Below are positions 11,893-24,671 of a stretch of DNA of 64,000 nucleotides, in pieces; position 1 is the first letter of the stretch, and every line of letters starts with the position of its first letter. The position numbers and the translations under genes are program-made. This DNA comes from Mobula hypostoma. Taxonomy: Eukaryota. The notes under the pieces were generated by a model, which was not told the origin of the DNA, searched no databases, and saw only the letters and a list, made by a program, of their open reading frames with translations. The stretch spans positions 206,524,001 to 206,588,000 of the forward strand of contig NC_086097.1 in the NCBI RefSeq assembly GCF_963921235.1, read 5' to 3'.

Positions 11893-13895
11893 ACTGTATC
11901 CAGGGTTTCATCTATGAATCTGAACAAACACACCACAGTTGTCACCAACTTTATCAAGACCTGTGTGGATGAGAATGTGCCTTCGAGAATATACCAGACA
12001 TACCCAAACCAAAACCCATGGACGAATCAAGAAATTTGTAGTCAGCTGAAGACTAGATCTGTGACATTCAAGACCCGTGATCCAGAACTATATAAGAAGT
12101 CCAGATATGACCTACAGATGGTTACTTTAAGAGCAAAACATCAATTCCTATTGAGCTTAGAGATGGAATCAGATGCACATCAACTCGAGCAGGGTTTGAA
12201 GGCCATTACTTCCTATGAAGCCAAACCTAACATCATGAACGGCTGTGCTGCCTCTCTCCTAGACGAGCTCAACACCTTTTATGCATGCTTTGAAAGGGAG
12301 GATAAAACTACTCCTGTGCCTCTGGTGACCTTGTGATCTCTGTCTCAGGCCGAGGTCAGAGCATCTTTCAAGAGGGTGAACTCTCAAAAGATGTCAGATC
12401 CTAATGGTGTACCTGATAGGGCTCTGAAAACCTCTGCTAAACATCTGGCAGAAGTGTTCATCTTTAATCTCTCACTACTGCAGTCAGTGGCTCCTACTTC
12501 CTTCAAAAGGACAATGATAACAGTGCCCAAGAAGAGCACAGTGAGCTGCCTAAATGACTGTCACCCAGTGGCACTCACATCTACAGTGATGAAGTGCTTT
12601 AGAAAGTTGGTCATGGCTGGAATCAACTCCTGCCTAAGCAGGGACCTGGACCTGCTGCAATTTGCCTATCTCCATAATAGGTCTACAGTGAATGCAATCT
12701 CACTTGTTCTCCACTCGGCCTTGGATCGCCTGGAGAATTCCTATTCCGATAGTAATACCTGTGTCAGACTGCTCTTTGCTATTTGAAGCTCAACATTCAG
12801 CACCACCATACATCAGTTCTAATCAACAGGCTCTGAGGCCCTGGGCCTCTGAAACTTCCTCTACAACTGGATCCTTGACTTCTTCACTGGAAGACCACAG
12901 TCTCTGTGGATCAGAAATAGCATCTCCTCACTGACGATCAAAACTGGTGCACCTCAAGGTTGCAGGTTTAACTCACTGCGCTACCTTCTCTACACCCACG
13001 ACTGTGGGGCTAGGCACAGCACAAGCACCATCTATAAGTTTACCAATGACACGACTATTGTTGGCAGAGTTTCAGAAGTTGATAAGGAAGTATAGTTGAG
13101 TGAGATAGTTCAGTTGGTTGAGTGGTGTCGCACCAACAACCTTACACTCATTGTCAGCAAGACCAAGGATTTGATTGTGGTCTTCAGGTCTCCAGTACTC
13201 ATCAAGGGATCAGCAGTGGAAAGGGTGAGCAGTTTCAAGTTTCCGAGTGTCAACATCTCTGAGGATCTATCCTGGGCCCAACATATTGATGCAATTACAA
13301 AGAAGGCACGGCAGTGGCTTTATTTCATTAGAAGTTTGAGGAGGCTTGGTATGTCACGAATGATATTTGCAAATTTCTACAGATATACCATGGAGAGCAT
13401 TCCAACTGGTTGCATCACCGTCAGGAATGGAGGGGTCACTGCACAAGATGCAGAAAGTTTTAAATGCGGCCAGCTCCATTACTGTTACTATCCTCCTCAG
13501 CAACATGTGCACCAGCCTCCCCAGCATCCAGGACACCTTCAAAAGTCAATGCCTCAAAAAAGAAGCATCCATCATCAAGGCCCCCATCATCCAAGACTTT
13601 CTCTCTTCTCATTGGTACCATCAAGGAGGAGGTACAGGAGCTGAAAGACAGACACTCAACATTTCTCGAACAGTTTCTTCCCCTCTGCTATCAGATTTCT
13701 GATTGGGCAGTAAACCCATGAACCTTGTTATTATTTTTTCCTCTCTTTTTGCACTACATAATTAGTTTAATGTTTTCAATATACTGTATATACTTACTGC
13801 GATTTATATATTTTTATCATTATATAATGTAATGTCCTGCTGCCACAAAACAACAAAGTTCACAACAAAGGCCATTGATCCCAATACTGATTAAT
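11893..13895 (+). mobile_element. Rex1/Babar-type LINE, ~2 kb, decayed
   Basis: YPNQNPW, SCLNDCHPVALTSTVMKCF, LQFAY..NRST, KKARQWLYFIRSLRRLG in broken ORFs. Confidence 0.9.
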
Positions 13896-15289
13896 CATAA
13901 TTCTGGTGCAATGTTTGCTTGTTTTCTTCAAAATACTTCAAAGGAATGTTTACACTACTGAATGTAATGATCATGAATGTAGAAGGTTTTTGCACTGTTT
14001 CTTCATTTGTATTTATAATTTTTATGCTAAATAAAATCCATGATAGGCTGTGGAGAAACTATTTTCTAGGTCCAATGTAGGTAACTTCAGTGCCTTCCCA
14101 GTGGTGAGGAAGAATTCTTTGATGGACATTAGATGAGATTTAAATATTGTAAAAATTCAGAAATGTTTACCATTTAATAGTCATCAACTTGTGAGATGTG
14201 GATATTATTGTTGTGACTAATATTAATGTCCTAATTCTAATTCTTCAATAACTAGGCAGCATGCTAAGCCATGTATGGAACAACTAATGAACTGTACGAG
14301 TGGGTTCAAAGTTACATCTAAACTGGACAGGCTAAGTTTGGCAGACTTCCTTCCCTCAAGGACAGAAAAATATTGGGTCAGATTTTATGATATTCGGTTA
14401 TGTACCCTTTCTGGAACTTAAACAATAATTTTGAGCTCATGACTTTAAACACATGAGCTTTTTGTGTTCAATCTGAGTGGCTTTAGTGGCAAAAGTAGCA
14501 TAGACCCATTAGATGTAAGAGCGCACTTATGTGACTCTTGGCAAGAGGGTGATGGTGGGTGGGTGGCAGTGGAAGCGTGATAATAAGCTCTTGAGGGAGC
14601 CAAATTCTACAATCAGTGGCAGACCTGTGTGGATAGCTGCTCACAGTAAACCAGCCTCCTCTGTTCTGTATGTCCCCACTTTTAATACTAGTTGTCAAGT
14701 ATCAGCTCTCAGCAGTTACTAGAACTCAGTAAAAGCCACGTTATCATTTTGGCCGAACAGTCAGCTTCATTGAAGAACTCGGACAACAGCCCAATTGGGT
14801 GGAATCACAATTTAACTAAAATGGTAAATGGTAATAGTTTTATAACTACAAAATAAAAGTTAAATTAACTATTTACACAAGATTTGTAGAATCTGATATT
14901 TTTATAAATATCATACGAAGAGGAATAATCCATACGTATACAATTACATTTTGGAGTTAAAGGAACTGCTTCGTAATGTTTTGTTTTAGTAGAACATGAC
15001 CAATTCATTTAAGTCCTACGTCACAAAGCATAATATTTGCATGGAATTTTTCACAGCAGGGTAAGTTCATAAGTGCTTCAAATTCTTGAGAGATGACTGA
15101 ATTTGTAAGATTACCCTGGAAAGGATTTTGAAACAACATTTCCTTTGGTGGCAGAAGAAATCTCTAAGAGCCACTTCTATATTCCTGTTTTGAAGAGTGG
15201 ATGAGCAGATTCCAAAAGGCAGCATTTGCTTTTAAAGCAGTGTTCTGTGTTTCTCTAATGCATGCATACATCACATAACAATTGAACAT

Positions 15290-15480
15290 ATGAAATAAAA
15301 GCAGGGAAAGATTGCTAGGCTACATGTGCTTGTTCTGCCGCTCAATGGGATTATGACTGACCTTCTACCTCAGTCCGCTTGCTTGCACTAGACTCACATT
15401 TGTTGATTCCCCTAATACTAAGAATTAATTGATCTGTCTTGAATACACACAGTGGCTGAGAATTCTTGTGCTGCAAATTC
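15290..15480 (-). mobile_element. Decayed CR1-like 3' end
   Basis: ACATAACAATTGAACATATGAAATAAAAGCAGG tail-like start followed by CR1 3'UTR-like sequence. Confidence 0.4.
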
Positions 15481-15543
15481 TCACAACTGCCAGCATTAGA
15501 ATATCGGATACAATCTCAGTAGACAAATCTTTAAGGGGATATA

Positions 15544-16045
15544 CAGTACTATGCTAAAGTCTTTGGCACATATATATAGCCAGGGTGCCTAAGACTTTTG
15601 CACAGTACTGTATTTGGTAATGTGGAGTGGAGAGTGAACTGGTAAATCCAGCAGGAGTGAAGGACATTGGGAATAGTGAGGGTGGAGAGCCACAGGAGGG
15701 GTGTCTGACAGGTGGCAGAGAAGGAGTGCCAAGGCCAGGGCGTGGCACAGATGCAGATGCACTCAGTCCTGAGACACCAAGCAATTGATCATTACAGATT
15801 CTCTCTGGTGCTTCACACCCCTTGTCCTCTCCCTTCCCCTTTTCCTAACCATGATTCCCCTCACCATGTTCCCTGCCCACTCTCAGCTCACAATAGAGAC
15901 CCATATCAGGATCAGGTTTATCATCACTCACCGATGTCATGAAACTTGTTTTTATTTGCAGTACAATACATGAAATTACTATAGTACTACATTTACTTAT
16001 AGTAAATTGCTATAGTGCAAAAGTCTTAGGCATTCTCATTTTATA
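15544..16045. mobile_element. Hairpin-ended MITE-like element, copy 2 (inverted relative to copy 1)
   Basis: TA-flanked hairpin CAGTACTATGCTAAAGTCTTTGGCAC-ATATATATAGCCAGG-GTGCCTAAGACTTTTGCACAGTACTG at 15544-15610; GTGCAAAAGTCTTAGGCA again at ~16015-16032. Confidence 0.8.
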
Positions 16046-16047
16046 TA

Positions 16048-16123
16048 CAAACACAAGAACATCTGCAGATGCTGGAAATTCAAAGCAACACACAAAAATG
16101 CTGGAGGAACTCAGCAGGCCAGG
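16048..16123 (-). mobile_element. Penelope-like terminal fragment
   Basis: CTGCAGATGCTGGAAATTCAAAGCAACACACAAAAATGCTGGAGGAACTCAGCAGGCCAGG. Confidence 0.8.
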
Positions 16124-16333
16124 GAGAATTGTAGCTGCAGGGGGCATATGGAGCTCTCCTGGAACTGGGGAGCATGGAGCCATAATTCTCTTATGTGATT
16201 TCCCAAACTATCCCCCCTCTCCAGGGCAACAGACACATATCTGGGAAATTTCATAAGAGCATTAAGTTTAATCTATGATCACCTACACTTTGTTGAAGCT
16301 TGCAATGCAGACAAATGCCCGTGCTAATTTTAC

Positions 16334-16372
16334 CTGCTCCTGTGTAGATGAGGTGTCTTCTCTTTAGGTGAC
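16334..16372 (-). CDS. Candidate 39-nt internal exon of an unidentified host gene
   Basis: Minus strand: ctcacttctgtattatacag|GTCACC..GGAGCAG|gtaaaa; phase-2 reading SPKEKTPHLHRS; splice motifs only, no homology evidence. Confidence 0.3.
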
Positions 16373-16654
16373 CTGTATAATACAGAAGTGAGCAGCAAAC
16401 TGCAAAATGCAGCATATTTGCGGCAACAAACTAGAATGCATTTGACCTGATCCCTTCCAGTTTAAAAACTCCATTCTCTCTTGCTCAATTCATAGTCTAA
16501 AACTGTAAGTAGGGCAGTAGAAAAGTAACAGAAACAAGCTGTTCGTTGACATTTTCAGTTTATGGATCTCAGAAAGGAATTAAAATAGGAAGAAAGTATT
16601 GGTAATTTTTAAGAAAGTGCATTGGAGCACAGGGAATCAGACATCAAAGAGGCA

Positions 16655-16935
16655 GAGCTTTTTCCCTAATGAGCCTGTTCTGACCTTTGAACTCCTATTT
16701 GCACTAATCTTACACTAATCAGGTTTTATTTCCCTAACACTCTCCTTCACATTCCACAACTTGCCTACACTCTAGGGGCGATTCTCAGTGGCCAACTGGG
16801 ACGTGGGAGGAAACCAGAGCACCAAGGGAAAACCATTGTGGTCACAGGGAGAACGTGTAAATTCCACACGGACAGCACCAGAAGTCAATGTAAGCTGCGC
16901 TCGCTGAGCAGCTCTACCAGCTGTAGTGTTGCTGC
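16655..16935 (-). mobile_element. V-SINE (HE1-like), decayed
   Basis: GTGGGAGGAAACCAGAGCACCAAGGGAAAACCATTGTGGTCACAGGGAGAACGTGTAAATTCCACACGGACAGCACC core. Confidence 0.8.
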
Positions 16936-17404
16936 CTCACTGATTCGAATCACTTATTAAACATTTGCCTCTCCACTTCTGGTCAATTCATAATTGTCCA
17001 TCTGAGCTCACATTCCATGATTTCTGTTCTGATAGATTCCTATGCTGTTGGATTGATGAACAGAAAATTCAAATACTTATTAAACTGTCTCTTGGACCTG
17101 TTAGTATTTGAAAAAAACTATTCTCGTGGCTAAGCTCAACTTACAAAATTCCTTCCAATTTTGAAAGACTTTGCCATTGAAAATCAGTGCTCAACTGTAG
17201 TGACATCATTGTATAATCTATACCATGATATCTGCTGCTCATAATGCATGCAATTGTAAATGATATGCCATTAATGTGACTGTGTAAGCTCTGGTACTTG
17301 ATTATTAGCTTGAGTTCCAGTTCGAAGACAGGGTGGAAGTTATCTTTTTATAGAGAGTATTTTTCAAACTCCACCAATTTAAAAATTGTAGAACTGAACT
17401 TGCT

Positions 17405-17500
17405 TAAATATAATTGAAACCTCAAAGTACATTTATTATCAAAGTATGTATACTGTATACAACTTTGAGATTTGTCTCCTTACGGGTAATAACAAAACAA
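17405..17500 (-). mobile_element. Rex1-type LINE 3' tail fragment
   Basis: TCAAAGTACATTTATTATCAAAGTATGTATA matches the tail at 28745-28780. Confidence 0.6.
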
Positions 17501-18319
17501 AGGAGATGAACATAGGTAATAAACAAAAATTCCCGGATAATTTTTATATGACTACACATACGACAGCAGTGCCTTCCTTCTTAGAGAGAAATCCAATTTC
17601 CTGATAGCAAAATAGCTTGGTTTAAAGAATATCACTAATGGGGATTCAAGCCCAAAAAACTATTCCTGCCAGCAAGTGTAGAATGGAGGCTAACATATAC
17701 ACTAACATAGTGTGATCAAAATTTAGTTATAAAGAAAGCCTATACTGTAATATGCCTAGGTAATTATTGTGCACCTTCCCAATGTGGACAAATTAGCATA
17801 AAGATAACAACAAATGATAAGTCATCTGTTAAAATGCAATTCTTGGTACTTTTTTTCATAAGCATTTTTCTCAGAGGTATTGTTTTCCATTTATTCAGCA
17901 CTTCACCAGTTCTCAAGGGAAAGAGGCATCTTGAAGCTCATAGGTTCCACACAGCAACCAAAGCATTTGTTGTCAAACGCATCAGCCCTCTACCCTAACC
18001 CCATCTGCTGTTTCTGCCATCCCTGGGGATGGAAAGTTCAGAGTATAATCTGGGATTCACTGACATGATATTATTGAATGGTAAACGAACAGGTTTTATG
18101 AATTTTATAAAAGCCGGGATTACTTTCACTTCTTTTATGTAAAATGAAAGTTATTGTCAATTTAAGCTTTTAACCAGTTACTGTCCCTTAAAATTTAAAA
18201 TAAAGAATGGGTTTATTTTAGGTCTTGAACTAGTATTAAAAGGTATGAAGATAAATTATTTATTTGAGCACATACTGAATTCATATAGCTATTAGCTAAA
18301 AGAATCTTTATTCATTTGT

Positions 18320-18950
18320 ATCTTTCACAACCTCATCAGATCCATGTGGCAATGAAATACTTTTGAAGTGTAGTCATTGTATCATTGTGGGGAAGAAAAT
18401 ATAGAGTGTGCTTCTGTATTCAAAAACAGCATTGAGATTCATAAGCCCATCAACATGAAATCTCAACACTTTCTTCCTGTACACTAAAGCTGACTGATTT
18501 GCAAAATTGGTCCTTATTTCATGAGCAGGATTCTTTCGTTAATGATGACACCATAGGCTGAAGATGCCCTAATCTGGAGTTAGAACCAAACTGTTGGGGG
18601 AACCAACTGAGTCAAAAATTGTACAGTAGAGGAGCCTCAGTAGAGTAGTGATTCTTTATGTTCAGGCTTTATATCAGCACTGAGAGTGTCGAGGGGAGAT
18701 GTGAATAATGTTACTTAACTAAAAATTGTTGGCATGGATATCATAAAACTCCGCATTTCACGTTTGAATAGTACCAGGAAGAACAACTAAGGATCTCAGT
18801 TTAACATCTTGACCAAACTTGACAATGTAAAACCCTTTCAGTATCACATTAAAGACCCCAGCAGAATTATGATCGCAAGTGACTTTATGAGGTGAAACAC
18901 AATAATTTTACTCAAAAGCAAGAGAATTGCCATTAAGCCAAGACTGATAA
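18320..18950 (-). mobile_element. Ancient DeuSINE-like (SacSINE1/AmnSINE-type) remnant, with a PLE-like fragment at ~18580-18700
   Basis: ACTTTTGAAGTGTAGTCATTGT..CTCAGTTTAACATCT..CCCTTTCAGTATCACA resembles the Deu domain; similar to 52490-52920. Confidence 0.5.
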
Positions 18951-19424
18951 TCAAAGATATTTCTGATGAGCTTATATAAACACTTAATGCATTCGTAGAA
19001 AATTAGCTTTTTAACTTAAACACATCTATTGAACAGCAGAGAGAAGAACTTGATAAAATTAGTGTAAGTAGTTTTGCATTAACATCTCTGACATTAATTT
19101 CAAATCTATGACAGAATTATTACTTTTATTGCTGCAATAATTATTTGGTGTTTCTGTCAATCCAGGCTGAACTGTGTAAATGTAATATGCACTCTAACTG
19201 ACTGTACAAATGGAGCTCTTACACTGGGGACAACATACAAAATGCTTTCAACTTGGCTTTGTGCTGGCACTGTCAGTACTGTTGCAGAAATGTACAGCAT
19301 AGAAGGAGGCCTTTCAGTCCTTGGCAGCCAAAATTGAAGCTTTTTATGTTCCTTGCTTTTGTCAACTCATTGTCCATTGCATTGTACATTCCTGATGCTA
19401 AAGTGCTCATTGGAGTACCTTTTA

Positions 19425-20205
19425 AATAAGTGTGAAGTGGTTCACTTTAGGGGGTCAAATTTGAAGATAAAATATAATATAAATGGTAAGACTCTTGGCA
19501 GTGTGGAGGATCAGCAAGATCTTGGGGTCCATGTCCATAGGATACTCAAAGCTGCTGTGCAGGTTGACAGTGTTGGCATATGGTGTGATGCCCTTCATCA
19601 ATCATGGATTTGAGTTCAAAACCCGTGAGGTAAAGTTAAAGCTGTATAAGACCTTAGTTAGACCCCACCTGGAATTCTGGTCACCTCACTACAGGAAGGA
19701 TGTGGCTACTCTAGAGAGAGTGCAGAGGAGACTTCCAAAGATGTTGCCTGAATTGGAGGACGTACCTTATGAGAATAGGTTGAGTGAACTTGGCCTTTTC
19801 TCCTTGGACTAATGGAGGATAAGAGGTGACATGAGCATGATAAGAGGTGCATAAGATGATGAGAGGCATTGATCGTGTATATAGCCAGAAGCTCTTTCCC
19901 TGGGCTGGAATGGATAACATAAGAGGGCACAGTTTTAAGGTGCTTGGAAGTCAGTACAAGGGGGATGTCAGAGGTAAGTTTTTCACACAGAGGGTAGTGG
20001 GTGTGTGGAATGCACTGCTGGTGATGGTGGTAGAGGCAGATACAATAGGGTCTTTTAAGAGACACTTAGATAGGTACATGGAGCTTAGGAAAATAGAGGG
20101 CTCTGTGGTAGGGAAATTCTAGGCAGTTTCTAGGGTAGGTTACATTGTTGGCCCAACATTGAGGGCCAATGTGCTGTAGATTTCGATGTTCTATGTTCTA
20201 TGTTC
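19425..20205 (+). mobile_element. CR1 LINE 3' fragment
   Basis: KCEVVHF, LYKTLVRPHLE, KFFTQRVVGVWN; (TTCTATG)n tail at 20181-20204. Confidence 0.93.
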
Positions 20206-20289
20206 CGTTAAGTGTAATAACGGCTTCACCACCTTTTTATTCAGTGAGGTCCCCTTTGAGCCTTGTACCAATAAATTTAAATTTATGTT

Positions 20290-20383
20290 CGCAAACACGA
20301 GGAAACCTGCAGATGCTGGAACTTCAAGCAACACACATAAAAGTTGCTGGTGAACGTTCACTAGCAACTTTTATGTGTGTTGC
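20290..20383. mobile_element. Miniature fold-back Penelope-like insertion
   Basis: 60-bp loopless palindrome at 20326-20385 with one mismatch; TTAAATTTATGTT duplicated at 20277-20289 and 20384-20396. Confidence 0.9.
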
Positions 20384-20559
20384 TTAAATTTATGTTGCTC
20401 AGTTATCAGTCTCTCTGACAGTTCACGCTTACTTGAACCAAAGCAATACCAATATATATTGGTTTTGAGCTTAGTGATACTCAACAGAGCACATTTGTTT
20501 ACAGCTTTTGGTCCTGAAGTCTAAATGATCAATGAGACATATCCCTATTTCATTATAAA

Positions 20560-20715
20560 AAGATTTAGAAAAATACAGCACAGTACTGGCCTTTCAGCCC
20601 ATGATGTGGTGCCAGCCTTTTAAACTACTCTAAGATTAATCTAACCCTTCCCTCCGACATAGCCTTCTATTTCTCTGTCACCCATGTGCCTATTAAAGGG
20701 CTTCTTAAATGACAT
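20560..20715 (-). mobile_element. CR1 LINE 3' end fragment
   Basis: TACAGCACAGTACTGGCCTTTCAGCCCATGATGTGGTGCC 3'UTR-like; translation SFKKPFNRHMGDREIEGY. Confidence 0.75.
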
Positions 20716-22910
20716 CTGCAAGGCCAGCAGGAAATGACCCAAACACAGAGCAGTGGAGATGACAGAGCAGTGTGTGATATCTTTAATAACAAACTGCAAA
20801 GTAACAAGCCACAAGAGGCCATGAAACAAGAGAGAACAGACACTTAACAAGATGAGGGAACAAGGTAACTTAAGTCGAGATCAGGAAGGGCTTGATGTTT
20901 CCCATCAGCCAATGTTTTCATTCCTCCAAGGCCCATTTAATGATGGGTTGCTCCATGTTTCCTAGTCCATGATGGTGTTGTGTGGAGATGAACATGTGTG
21001 AGAAGGCACAAGGGTGTGACTTCCCATCCAGTCCTCACTGGAGAGGATTGCCCCTGCATCCACGTCAGATACTTCCACCTTACCACAAAAGATCCGGAGG
21101 GGTTCAGATGGCAATGAATGGGAGCAGTGATAAAGTGTCTCTTGAGCTCCTTGAAAGCATAGTCTGGGGCAGCAGACCAGGTTAGCCGTGAGGAAGGTGA
21201 TTTGGTGAGGGAGATGAGAAGAGTGCTGATTTGGCTGTAGGTCCTGATGAAACAGCAGTAGAAGGTGGAATAACCCAAGAAGTGCTGTAGCTGTTTGAGG
21301 GAGTGTGGTCTGTGCCATTCAACAATCGTCACACTTTCTCTGTGTCCATTGTTATGCCTTGAGTTGAGAGAACATAACCCAGGAGGGAAATGACTGAGGT
21401 GTGGAACAGTAATTTTTCTAACTTTTTCTAACTCTTTGGTCTTCAAGGAGATGCTGAAAGACTGAATAGGCCTTTGTGTAGCATGTCTCAGAGGATCTCG
21501 TTGACGAATGCTTGGGAAATGGCTGGCCTTTTGAGAAGTTCGAAAGGCATCACCAATTATTCGTAGTGTCCAGTGGGTGTTATGAACTCTGCCTTCCACT
21601 CATACCCCTGGGCATGAATCAGGTGGTAATGTTCCGTAGATCCAGGTTCGTGAAAATCTTGGCCCCACGGAGTTTTGAATGTGCTATTCATCAAGGGGGG
21701 AGGGTAATGATTCTTAATTGTGATTTTGCTGAGTTCACAGTAAATCTCCACAGGATGAGATGCCTATCTTTCTTTTTGACAAAGAAGAATCCTACACCAT
21801 CTAGGGACTGGGATGTTCAAATGAAGCCATGTTGTAGCACTTCAGTGATGCAGTCACGCAAGGCTTGGGTCTCAGGAGGGAAGAGGGAGAACAGGCAAAC
21901 TTGAGAAGTGGTGGTGCCCAGGAGGAGGTCTACTATGCAGTTGTGTAGTCTGTGAGGCAGCAGGGGGCTGGCTTCCCTTTTAATGAAGGTGATTCATGTT
22001 ATTCTTCTGGTAGAACTTTCTCCGTCTCCACAGATATATGCGATAGGGTCAGCTGAGGTTGCAGGCAGGAGGTCCGGTAGGTGGGTACCCAACTCAGCAG
22101 TGAACTGTATGTGAGGGTCGTGAGTAGAGTGCCAGGGGTAACCCAAGATGAGAGGAGTGTGAGGTCAGTTGATAAAGAGGAATTGGATGGAATCGTAGTG
22201 CTCGCTGAGGCTCATGTGCACAAGCCATGGTACACGCTGATCATTCCAGAGCTCAGGTGACGTTAGTCAATGGCTGTGATCCAGAAGAAGTGAGAGATAG
22301 GCTTGGTAGGGAGTCCAAGCTGCATTCAGAGTCTGGTCCAGAAAGTTGCTGTTGTGCAAGAATCCACGAGAGCCCCCTTTGTGTGTAGAGCTATTGGGGT
22401 GTGGAAGAGATCAAAGAGATTGAGTCAGGTTATGGTGCTTAATGGGTGGCTGGGGAGGGAGCTTACCAGATAGAAGGCCCCTCTTCACTGCCTGCTGGTG
22501 CTGTTTTCCTAGATGCAGTAGGTGTTTAATGTCTGGGTGAGCAGCAGCTTGGCAGCAAACACACAAGTTGTTTCTCCACCAACGCACGTGCTATTGGGGA
22601 GCGTTTGGATTAAGGGACCTCTTTCTAACTGCATGGGTTCTGCAGAAGTTGATGATGAGGGTCCTGTAGCCCGAAATGGTTCTGGCTGGTGATCTGGAGA
22701 ATCGTTCCATAACATGCTTATCAATTCAGAGGATCAGAGTGATGAAGCTCTTCAGGCCAGTGGGTATCTCCTGGGTTGACAGCATATCCTTCAAGTGTTC
22801 CAAGAGGCCATGATTGTTATGGGCCAGCAGTGATCCTGCAATCCAGTCATGCTGTGCCGCGAGGGTCCTGAATTCCATGGTATAATCATGGTACAATCAT
22901 GGTATAATCA

Positions 22911-23584
22911 GAAGAGAAGATGGCGATGCGATGCAGCGCGCAGCGGCCACTCTGGAATGAATGTCTGTAATCTGTCAAGTAGCTTGAAGTGCACAATCCT
23001 GATCTGATGGAGACAGACGAGAGAAGCACGGAGGAACATCTGGTGAAACTTCTGAAATGCCTGTTTCGCTGTCACTGCTACTGTCTGATCCAGAAGCTCC
23101 GGAGGGGAAGGCCCCGAATCCTCGGCTTTGCCTGTTACTTGGCAGCCAGGGCCAGGGTCAAAGCGCTCGGCAGAGATGGTGCTCGGTGCTCAGTGTCGGA
23201 GGGCTGGTTGGAGGCTCGATGTTTTCAGACGAGTTGTGGTCGGGTGCTTCCAGGGTGCTGCATTGGCAAGTTTGTGGTGCTGGAGGTTCACGGCAGGGAG
23301 AGTTTTTCTTCCTTCTACCATCTGCTTGAGATTATGGGGATATTGGGACTTTGAGACTTTTTTTTACCGTGCCCATGGTCTGCACTTATCAAATTACAGT
23401 ATTGCTTTGCACTGTTGTAACTATATGTTGTAATTATGTGGTTTTTGTCAGTTTTAGTCTTGGTCTGTCTTGTGTTTCTGTGATATCATACTGGAGGAAC
23501 ATTGTACCATTTCTTAATGCATGCATTACTAAATGACAATAAACGAGGACTGAGTGTCTTCATAATCTAATCTAAATCTAATCC
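22911..23584 (+). mobile_element. ~670-bp non-autonomous non-LTR element, copy 1
   Basis: 5' GAAGATGGCG (YY1-like), GC-rich body, AATAAA and (TAATC)n tail; colinear with 37626-38283. Confidence 0.8.
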
Positions 23585-23904
23585 AGCACCAAGATTGAGC
23601 CTTGACATTGGCCAAGTATCTGATCTCCTGCCCTGCCCCTTCCACTTCCCGGATGGTCAAAAATCTGGCACATCTCAGCGATGAATTTCGCATATGGCAA
23701 ATGGTGGTTTTATTGTCCCAGTTGGTGATGACCCAGGTCACAGCTCGCTAGGTCAAGAGAGAAACGACACAGGTATTCTTGGCTTGGTCCGTAACTTACA
23801 GAAATGGATGGATGTTGATGTAAGGCGTACTGAAACTGGAAGTTGTGGCATTGGGTTGGGGATCCAGCGAATTGTTCAGGCACTGAAATCTGAGGCCCCA
23901 AGGG

Positions 23905-24671
23905 CAGGGGTCGCCAACCACCGGGCTGCAAAGCATGTGCTACCGGGCCGTGACGAAACGATACGATTTGGCGATATGAAACGATATGAGTCAGCTGCAC
24001 CTTTCCTCATTCCCTGTCACACCCACTGCTGGACTTGAACGCACGCGAGGTCAATACATACACGAGGTCATTACGCATGCGTCATCCGTGTCAGTGTGGG
24101 AAGAAGATCAACTCCTCGAGCTTGCAAATGATGGTGGGCTGAAAAGTATGTTTGACATAACATCTCTGCCGGCATTCTGGATCAAAGTCAAGGGTGAATA
24201 TCCTGAGATAGCCACGAAAGCACTGAAAACGTTGCTTCCATTTCCAACATGGTATCCCTGCGAAGCGGAGTTTTCTGCAATGAATGCAACAGAAACTAAA
24301 TTGCGGAATAGACTAGACACAAGGACCCCCCTTCGAGTATCGCTGTCTCCCATCACCCCTCGTTAGGACCGTCTTGTTGCAGGGAAACAAGCCCAGGTCT
24401 CCCACTGATTCAGCGATATTGGTGTGTTGCAATGATTTTATATGTTCATATGGGGAAAATATGCACTGTGTGTTTAATATTAAATTTGTTAGATAAACCG
24501 TTTTAGAAACGAAAGTGAGTGTATTAGCCACTTATAAGTGACTTAGTTGACTTATCATCTATATTTTGGTCCTGATTAACAACCCCCCCCCCCCCCCCCG
24601 GGTAGGCCGGTTTGCAAGAATATTGTCAATATTAAACCGGTCCGCGGTGCAAAAAACGTTGGGGACCCCTG
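23905..24671 (+). mobile_element. hAT (Charlie/Buster-type) internally deleted DNA transposon
   Basis: TIRs CAGGGGTCGCCAAC / GTTGGGGACCCCTG; hAT C-terminal dimerisation-domain remnant FWIKVKGEYPEIATKALKTLLPFPTWYPCEAEFSAM..KLRNRL. Confidence 0.92.

Noticed and set aside
22877..22909. 11-bp triplication ATGGTATAATC next to the non-autonomous element
   Set aside because: A local slippage-type duplication on one side only; not a TSD or functional repeat I can support.
23986..24366. 126-aa ZBED/SCAND3-like ORF (possible domesticated Buster gene)
   Set aside because: Only the C-terminal fragment inside a 767-bp TIR-bounded deletion derivative; most of the catalytic core is absent.
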